Shown one piece after another: positions 54,226 to 64,000 of a stretch of 64,000 bases of DNA (position 1 is its first letter; every line of letters starts with the position of its first letter). The position numbers and the translations under genes were made by a program. The notes under the pieces were generated by a model, which had not been told where the DNA came from, did no database searches, and was given only the letters and a program-made list of their open reading frames with translations. The stretch is from Octopus vulgaris (Eukaryota). The stretch lies in contig OX597828.1 of NCBI GenBank assembly GCA_951406725.2, positions 54,994,001-55,058,000 of the forward strand, in the 5' to 3' direction.

Positions 54226-54397
54226 AGGCGTGGGAGTGGCTGTGCGGTAAGTAGCTTGCTTACCAACCACATGGTTCCGGGTTCAGTCCCACTGCGTGGT
54301 ACCTTGGGTAAGTGTCTTCTACTATAGCCTCGGGTCGACCAAAGCCTTGTGAGTGGATTTGGTAGACGGAAACTGAAAAGAGCCCGTCGTATATATG

Positions 54398-54486
<89 letters not shown>

Positions 54487-54695
54487 TTGTGTGCATGTGT
54501 TTGTACCCCCAACATCGCTTGACAACCGATGCTGGTGTGTTTACGTACTCGTAACTTAGAGGTTCGGCAAAAGAGACCAATAGAATAAGTACTAGGCTTA
54601 CAAGGAAAAAGTTCTGGGGTCGATTTGCTCGACTAAAGGCGGTGCTCTAGCATGGCCACAGTCAAACGACTGAAACAAGTAAAAGAATAAAAGAA
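54226..54695 (+). mobile_element. SINE family A, full length
   Basis: Matches 42242-42660. Confidence 0.92.
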
Positions 54696-55569
54696 TATAT
54701 ATTTGACATTTTTATACATTTCTAAATCCGTTCATATTCTTCCCTAGTGTTTGTAAGTTATAAATACTTTTTATAAGGTCTTTTTTTTATATATAATTCA
54801 CTGGATATGGGAATCCTTAGTAGAAGATTGACCACAGTGGCAGGATGACGACCGGACCCAGCCTGTGATACACTGGGACACCAGCCGAGCCAGACCTGTT
54901 CCCCTGACGTTCTCAAGCCTTTCTTGTCATTTACTGAATCTGTTTGAAACATTCTGGTGTAAGTTACATTTTTTTCTCTTATCTCAGATAAGAGAAAAAA
55001 ATCAATCAGAAAGGAACTCTATCTCACTCAAATTATCTTTTGATAAGCATAACAAATGCGCAACCGGTAAACTCTTACTTTTTTTTATTCTACACTGAAA
55101 TCTGACATTGAACTTTTCCACAAAAAACTGTATATTATACGCTTTTACTAAATATCTTATTCTGAAACAGAACACTGTAAAAGACTCTTACTTTTTTTCT
55201 TATACACTGAAATCATTCACAAAAAATGAACATTGTATTCTAACCCAATTTTTCTCTTTTTTTTTAAAAAAAGAACTTTCACCTAATTAAATACACTCTC
55301 CCTTACTTAAATTATTTTGTCAGCATTTTCTTCATTTCCTTTTTTTATATATCACAACTCGTGTTCCACATCTCCTTTTTTAAATATATATATATATATA
55401 AATACTTTTATATACATGTACACACACACACACATATATATACATACACACACATATATATATATATATATATGTACATATATTTATGTATGTATAAGTA
55501 AATGCGTATAAAATACTATATATATATACCTTTGTTTGTGAGTGTTTGTATGTGTGTGCATGTGTGTGT

Positions 55570-55639
<70 letters not shown>

Positions 55640-56115
55640 AGTAAAGAAGTGTATTCCCACGCAGGAAAGAATATAGGAGAACTTGTTTTCGGGTTTGAAA
55701 ATGCACTTGAATCTGAAAACGTGCAGTTTTATATTTTGGTTTCGACAATGTTTTGCTTTTCAATGGTAAATAAAACAAAATGAAATAACATAAAGTGTTG
55801 GTTTCGAAGAGGTTAAAGTTACAAGGAAAAATTCGAAAAAAATCAAACATGCTTAAAAGATCAAATGGTTATAGAAAGTCCTAGGAGTTCACAGAGATTG
55901 ACAATAATACAAGTTGAAATGTTCAATGGATTTCATAAGTCGTACATAATTGATTGTTCGGCAATAATATGTTATCTTAACAATTAGATACAATGAATAT
56001 TTTTTTTTTAAAGTGTGTGAGAAAAATAGAAGGGAGAAAAGGAAAAATATTTGCATGAAATGCATGAAGGAGTATTCTTTGTCGTTCGTTTTGCTGGTGT
56101 GAGTTAGAACTGTTT

Positions 56116-56351
56116 AGGAAGGAGGCGAGCTGGCAGAAACGTTAGCACGCCGGGCGAAATGCGTAGCCGTATTTCGTCTGCCGTTACGTTGTGAGTTCAA
56201 ATTCCGCCGAGGTCGACTTTGCCTTTCATCCTTTCGGGGTCGATAAATTAAGTACCAGTTACGAACTGGGGTCGATATAATCGACTTAATACCTATGTCT
56301 GTCTTTGTTTGTCCCCTCTATGTTTAGCCCCTTGTGGGTAATAAAGAAATA
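56116..56351 (+). mobile_element. SINE family B, full length
   Basis: 20-bp TSD GGTGTGAGTTAGAACTGTTT (56096-115 / 56352-71). Confidence 0.93.
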
Positions 56352-56404
56352 GGTGTGAGTTAGAACTGTTTTAAGTTAAAATTGTTTTGTGTGTGTGTGT
56401 GTCC

Positions 56405-56448
<44 letters not shown>

Positions 56449-56699
56449 ACACCTTGGTACTTTGGGCAAGTGTCTTCTACTATAGCCTCGGGCCGACCAA
56501 AGCCTTGTGAGTGGATTTGGTAGACGGAAACTGAAAGAAGCCCGTCGTATATATGTATCTGTATATGTATGTGTGTATATATGCTGGGTAACTGCTTTCT
56601 ATTACTGCATAGAGTTTCTTTTCTATGACCCAGACCCTTATGTCTGCTCCACTGTACGTTTATTTTACAAAGGCATTGACATGAACACTCTGCAATATT

Positions 56700-57284
56700 C
56701 TCTTCTACTCTAGGCACAAGGCCCGAAATTTGGGGAGGGGGGAGGAGCCAGTCGATTAAATCGACCCAAGTATGCAACTGCTACCTAGTTTATCGACCCC
56801 GAAAGGATGAAAGGCAAAGTCGAACTCGGCGGAATTTGAACTCAGAACGTAGCGGCAGACGAAATACCTATTTCTTTACTACCCACAAGGGGATAAACGC
56901 AGAGAGGACAAACAAGGACAGACAAACGGATTAAGTCGATTACATCGACCCCAGTGCGTAACTGGTACTTATTTAATCGACCCCGAAAAGATGAAAGTTA
57001 AAGTCGACCTCGGCGGAATTTGAACTCAGAATGTAGCGGCAGACGAAATACCTATTTCTTTACTACCTACAAGGGGCTAAAGACAGGGATGACAAACAAG
57101 GACAGACAAACGTATTAAGTCGATTACATCGACCCCAGTACATAACTGGTACTTATTTAATCGACCCCGAAAGGATGAAAGGCAAAGTCGACCTCGGCGG
57201 AATTTGAACTCAGAACGTAACGGCAGACGAAATACTGCTAAGCATTTCGCCCGGCGTGCTAACGTCTCTGCCAGCTCGCCGCCT
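56700..57284 (-). mobile_element. Trimeric SINE family B inside a single TSD
   Basis: 18-bp TSD TGAACACTCTGCAATATT (56682-99 / 57285-302). Confidence 0.9.
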
Positions 57285-57302
57285 TGAACACTCTGCAATA
57301 TT

Positions 57303-57344
57303 AAGGGTGAGTATGACCTCCGCATGGAGGTCATACTCACCCTT
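57303..57344. repeat. Perfect 19-bp inverted repeat with a 4-nt loop
   Basis: AAGGGTGAGTATGACCTCC-gcat-GGAGGTCATACTCACCCTT. Confidence 0.95.
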
Positions 57345-57708
57345 CATATTCTAGACATAAATACCATGTTTGAATTCATGCATGTAAGTATAGAAGCATG
57401 TACGTATGTATGTGTATGCATGTGCTTCAAAGTTTATTTGATAACAAGTTTTTCAAGTGGAAAATATATATTGCTGAATTACGAGTGAAATGATCAAAAA
57501 ATTCAGTGCAATACACTTTGCTCTTGATTTATAGCTTTCGCTTTTTCTTTCTTCTTTCTTCCTTTTTTTTTTTACTTCAATTTCCATTTTTTTCTCTCTG
57601 TTTTCTTTCTTTCATTTTATTTTGATATTTTCATAAACAGGTCTTCAGCCTCACTGCCAGCGTTTAGTCTATTATAACATTTGATAAAGCAGGCGGTAAC
57701 TGCCAGCT

Positions 57709-57779
<71 letters not shown>

Positions 57780-57878
57780 AAACAAACACTCATACATATA
57801 TGCATACAACTTACATATACACACATATATACACACACATATATTTGTATATATATGTATGTATGTATATGTATAGGA

Positions 57879-57939
<61 letters not shown>

Positions 57940-58066
57940 TATGCTACAAGCTACAGTAACATCCACCCTTAGTGGTTAGCCATATTTAGATGGCAAATAT
58001 ACTTCACATTGTCCTGCAGTTACTGTCTATACCTCGTTCAGAGATTCATTATTGATTATGTAAATA

Positions 58067-58478
58067 CCCACTTTGTGAAAAGTCTGGCTGCATCCGAAAA
58101 AAATATATATTATGAAACAAAAATAAACTCAAAATTTATTACACGAATCTGTTACCACCACGACAGTCAACTATTTGACGTCGAACACGAGTTTGATGTT
58201 GAATACATCCACGAATTGAAAGGCATTGCAAAGATCACTCACTGTTTCATTTGCGACCCCATCTTTAATTTGCTGGTAGCGTAGAAGTATTGCCAGTCTA
58301 TCTCTCTCACTAATTTGTTCACCCCGCCTGCGAGCCAGTTAATAATGATTCTGCTAATTCCACGTGTAAACACGTGTTGAATAGAACTGACTGAATAAAT
58401 CTTAATTAACGGTGTTGTCAATTGTATGCACCTGACATATGCTAACGTGTATGCAGCCAGACTTTTCACGCAGAGGAT
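58067..58478. mobile_element. Unclassified MITE
   Basis: Perfect 19-bp inverted repeats GTGAAAAGTCTGGCTGCAT (58075-93 / 58451-69), extending imperfectly outward to TA. Confidence 0.7.
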
Positions 58479-58576
58479 ACATATTTATTTATGTATTTAT
58501 ATACGATTCACATTATTGTCTCCATCTATGTATGAATGCATGTCTGTCTGTGTATGAATGCGTATATGTGTGTATG

Positions 58577-58897
58577 GTGAGGGCGCGTGGCTTAGTGGTT
58601 AGGGCATTCGGCTCATGATCGTAAGGTTGTGAGTTCGATTCCCGGCGACGCGTTGTGTCCTTGAGCAAGACACTTTATTTCACGTTGCTCCAGTCCACTC
58701 AGCTGGTAAAAATGAGTTGTACTTGTATTTCAAAGGGTCAGCCTTGTCACTCTCTGTGTCACGCTGATTATCCCCGAGAACTACGTTAAGGGTACACGTG
58801 TCTGTGGAATGCTCAGCCATTTGCACGTTAATTTCACGAGCAAGCTGTTCCGTTGATCGTATCAGCTGGGACCCTCGTCGTCGTAACCGGCGGAGTC
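58577..58897 (+). mobile_element. Young SINE family F, full length
   Basis: A/B boxes, CORE-like middle, TSD atatgtgtgtatg. Confidence 0.95.
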
Positions 58898-59449
58898 TTT
58901 TTTTAAATATGTGTGTATGTGTATATGTATATATGTGTGAGCGTGTGAGACATAAAGAAAGAACACGTGGTCTGGTAGTGACACAACTGAGTCCTCAACC
59001 ATATGGCCGTAGGTTTGATTCCTGACTGTCGATTCCTGACTGCGTTATGTCCTTAGGCAAGGCAATTCCCCATCTTCGACTCCATCAAGCTAATGTAAAT
59101 GAACATTAAATCTGTCAGAGTTCTCGGCCAGTGTCAAGATAGCGCAGCAATGTTACCGAGTTGATGATAGACTATATATATAAAAAAGACTTCTTGGCAT
59201 GAATGGAGTTACGTCCATCGGTGGATTGTCATGTGTTATCTTTGCATTTTTATATATTTTTTAATCTGTAACGACTGGCAAATATCAGTGGAAAGTAGAT
59301 GTTCTTTTTTTTTCTACTCTAGGCACAAGGCCAAAAATTTTGGGGGAGGGGGCCAGTATACATACATACATACATACATATATATGCGTACATGTATAAA
59401 CCATAATATATATATATATACATACATCCGTATATACATACATATATAT

Positions 59450-59535
<86 letters not shown>

Positions 59536-60039
59536 TACGGAACATTTTGGATTTGAGACAAAATTCTCGGTTATCAGTCCATATATGAAAAGTAAAACTT
59601 GAATCCATCAAATGCTTCATAACAATTTATATGCAAAATAATTATTTCGAAATGAGAGGCAAACACGCAATGAAACTATGCATATTTAGCGATATTTAAA
59701 TCGTATAAATTTGTATATACAGAATCGGTTCGTTGCATTGGAGGCCCTAATATTAAAACTCACAAGAGTATATGGAAAGTTCGAAGAGAGAAGTCCAAAT
59801 AAAAATTCAAATGTGAAAGTTAACGCATACATCCTACGGCTGTTTCAGGAACATAGTGGTAAGAATAGATATCGATTTAAAATCGATATTTACTGTTATA
59901 TTAGATATGGATTTTAAGTCGATATTATGTGGGTTCATTTGGTATTTCAGATAAAAAATTTTCCAGACGCTCTTTGAAGATCTCTACATCAACACCTCGC
60001 AAATATGTATGAAGTTGTTTGGCAAAATGTTTAACAATT

Positions 60040-60945
60040 ATGCATCCTTGAAACTCAAGCTGTTACAGTACTGGGTCCTTATTCGCGATAGAGAAGACGG
60101 AATATTTGGTGTTATGTAGTGCCATCCAGTTCAGTGATTGGTATAGCTTTCAATTCCAAAGATGGGAGCTAGACTTTCCTGGATCTTCCATATGAATTTC
60201 ATCGCTTATCTTTCACGCCTTCTCTCTGGGGCGTAATTTCAGTTCCTTTACCCTCCCCCAGTAGCTCATCTGTTTCACTGTGTCAACCCCCTTCGTGTAG
60301 CGGTGTTGTATAGCTTCAAGTTCCGCTTCTAGTTTGACGCTCCACTGTGACCACAATTGGAGGCAGTAATCCAGGTCTGAGAACAAAGGCCCTCCATAGG
60401 AGTAACATGGTATCTTTCTTCTTGGTTCTGAATAATCTCAGAATCCACCCAGCTACTCACCTGCACAATGTTACCATCTTGGTATCATGCACATGTAGAT
60501 TCCAAAGTCACGCACCGACACTGACTCTGGGATTGCACTAGCCCCTGGTCCTGTGTATTTCGACTGCAGTCTATTTGAGGCTACTGAGGGCTAATAGCGG
60601 AGTGCTTGAAACTTCTCAACATTGAACTACATGTTATTTTCATCAGCCCATTTGTATATTGGACGCAGGTCGTTTTGAAGTTTTAGAATGTCAGCAGGTC
60701 ATTGACCGCTCTTGATGCTTTTGCATCATCAGTATAGCTGGTGGGAGTGGCTGATTGTATAGTATGGTTGAGAGCATGTCTGAGAGAGCCGTCACTAACA
60801 GTACTAGTCACAGTACATTCCCTTGAGGGATTACACTGCGAATTGACGGGTCCTCAGAGAGAGCACCAATGACTGAAACTGTCTGGCTTCAGTCTTTTAG
60901 AAAATCATACGACCACTCATGTAGTTTTCCACCCTCACCAATGTC
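60040..60945 (-). pseudogene. Decayed CR1/L2-group LINE RT domain
   Basis: IPQGNVL and SYTDDAK motifs on the minus strand, many stops. Confidence 0.8.
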
Positions 60946-61081
60946 AAAATACTCATTCCTTCAAGGAGAACGTCGAACAATTAACTCTTCATTTAGACAT
61001 TAACAAAGAATACACACATACACATACTTATAGAATACATACGTAAAAATATGTGCGCACGCTCACACATATGTATAGAAT

Positions 61082-61175
<94 letters not shown>

Positions 61176-61240
61176 CATACATATACGTACATTTCTACAC
61201 ACATTTATATATATATATATAAATATATACATACATAAAT

Positions 61241-61348
<108 letters not shown>

Positions 61349-61359
61349 GTATATGATTA

Positions 61360-61406
<47 letters not shown>

Positions 61407-61789
61407 TTGAAATTAATAGAAAAACAAAAGACGAAGACATGTGTAGGAACAAGCAAGTGTATGAGTTTGACGCTCGGGAAAAATGGAAAAGTCTTACGTT
61501 TCGAGTCTTCGATAGAAAAGAATAAATTGGGAGCGAACGAAAAAAGATCGTGTAGAGTTCAGCGGTCCAACATACATACATACATACATACATACATACA
61601 TACATACATCATGTCAGCATCATAGGAAGACCCTTCCCATCTGGAAGTGTAACAGCGATGCCCTTCCTGACATCCCTCCTTACTTTCTCATGCGCAACTC
61701 GAGATTTCTCAAAAGTAGCTGTCCCCTCGTGCACAATCCTTCTCCACCTGCTACGATCTATAGTCAGTTTATGATATAGGCAAGAAAGT

Positions 61790-62076
61790 TCTGAGATTGA
61801 TACAAAGAAAGCATCAAGATTGGTTTAAAGAAAATAATGAACATATAGATGATTTATTGGCTGTTAAAAGACGTACTTTCTCACGCTATTTGTCAGCAAA
61901 GCCACAGGAAAGGGAAGTGTTGCATAGGGAACTCAAGGATGTAAAATCACGTGTAAGGCAAAGGTTCTCTCAGATGAGGGATACGTTGTGGAGTAAGAAG
62001 TCTGACGAGATACATGTGGCGGCGGATTCCAATAACACAAAGCTGTTGTATGGTCTTTTGCGAGAAGTTTATGGAC
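61790..62076 (+). pseudogene. RTE/BovB-like LINE fragment (EN-RT linker)
   Basis: RKHQDWFKENNEHIDDLL...WSKKSDEIHVAADSNNTKLLYGLLREVYG. Confidence 0.85.
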
Positions 62077-62169
62077 ATGCATACATACATACAAAAGTAC
62101 TCCCTTGATGTCTAAATTCCAGTGTATGAGCTTGGGTCTAGGTTAGAAACCGGTTCTTTCTCTATTGGC

Positions 62170-62575
62170 ATCCTGTCCAGCTGGGGAACACATACGCCAT
62201 TGAAACCGGGAAACCGGGGCCATGAGCCTGGCTAGGCTTTAAAAGGGCGCATTTGTGGAGGATTAATGCCTCAGTGGTTAGAGCAGCGGACTCACGGTCG
62301 GAGGATCGCGGTTTCGATTCCCAGACCGGGCGTTGTATGTATTTATTGAGCGAAAACACCTAAAATCTCCACGAGGCTCCAGCAGGTGATGGTGGCGACC
62401 CCTGTTGTACTCTTTCGCCCTAACTTTCACTCTCTCTCTCTTTCTGTTTCTTGAGTAACGCTGCGATGGACTGGCGCCCCGTCCAGCTGGTGGGTGGACA
62501 CATACGCCACAGAGAACGGGAAACCGGGCCCATGAGCCTGGCTAGGCTTGAAAAGGGCGCATAAATAAATAAAAA
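62170..62575 (+). mobile_element. SINE family E variant: tail fragment plus full copy
   Basis: Duplicated gggccatgagcctggctaggctt tail; A/B boxes at 62270-62325. Confidence 0.85.
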
Positions 62576-62832
62576 CAATATACATACCAACCCGTCTTAG
62601 AGCAAAGTATGGCTGAACTTGGGATCTCGGAAGAGAAAATGCGAATTCTTATATTTTTATGCTACAAATGATCGCAATGTCTGGGACTATAATTATCTGC
62701 AGCAGCTTGTTAAGGTTCAAAGGATGACGGTTTAAAAGAAGATACTTTTCTTCATAATCTTCCTACCAAGCAGGTAGCTGTTCAAATTTTACTCTAAATT
62801 AAAAAGACAAAAGAGAACATATATACATACAA

Positions 62833-62865
<33 letters not shown>

Positions 62866-63259
62866 CATACGTGTATATACAAATATGTATATGTGTGTCT
62901 ATTGTAACCGTACGAATATAGATTACGTTGCATTACATTGCAATGGCTGCGTCGTGCAGTTAGAACTTTGATTGTGATTCACCGACTGCGTCAATCGGTG
63001 GAATTCTGTTTAACTGGTGATGTAATTGTGGGTGGTCCGTCTAGTTCACGTCTGGTGGTGGTGGTGGCGGCGGCGGCAGTGATGGTGGTGGTGGTGGTTG
63101 TGGTGGTGGTGGTGGTGGTGGTTGTGGTGGGGGTAAAAAAAATCTTTTTAGGTCACATTCTGAAAGTACTAAAATATTTGTTTCAACACGATGATTTCAC
63201 ATCAAGAATCTTATGAAACAATTAAGACACACACACATAATATATATATATATATATAA

Positions 63260-63555
<296 letters not shown>

Positions 63556-64000
63556 TTTAAAACACCCGAAAGCGAATTTTTCGCATTTTCTATTCGATAT
63601 ATATAGTATGTATTTATAAATGGTTTTCATGATGTTGATGGCGTTGCTGTCCATGTTGTTGCGATGCTAACACTGTCGCGGTTGTAGTTTCTCGTACTGA
63701 CAATAGTCGTAATGATGATGACGATGACGATGATGATGATGAAGATAATGATGATGATAGTGGTGCTGGTGTCGGTGGTGGCGTAGTGGTGGTTATGGTG
63801 GTGGTGGTTATGGTGGTATTGGTGGTGGTAGTGGCACTGGTGGTGGTGGTGATGGTGGTGGTTATGGCTGTGATGATGATGATAATGATGATAGTGATGG
63901 TGGAGGTGGGGATGATGGTAGTTATACTGGCGGTGGTGGTGGTGGTGGTGGTGATGGTGGTGGTTATGGCTGTGTGATGATGATAATGATGATAGTGATG

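Overview
This is AT-rich, microsatellite-saturated animal genomic DNA that is almost entirely intergenic or intronic. The repeat types suggest an octopus or other coleoid cephalopod, which is an inference and was not verified. There is no complete cellular gene: only a probable 3'-terminal coding exon (840-952, +) and two weaker exon candidates. The window is a nested transposon graveyard. It holds at least six SINE-like families, decayed LINEs (CR1/L2, RTE, L1/Tx1, R4/Dong), and DNA transposons (Chapaev3-like, Tc1, mariner, Tigger/pogo, piggyBac-type, Helitron-type, and a foldback element with a 9-bp TSD). The most distinctive signal is about 10 minimal type-I hammerhead ribozyme motifs (CUGANGA..GAAAC..GUH with a palindromic helix III). 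They sit at the ends of Penelope-like GIY-YIG fragments or inside about 200-470 nt non-coding units, often embedded in (TA)n, and three carry a fold-back (inverted) junction just 5' of the ribozyme. Nearly all long ORFs in the track are microsatellite artefacts. All family assignments come from motif recognition by eye, without database searches.
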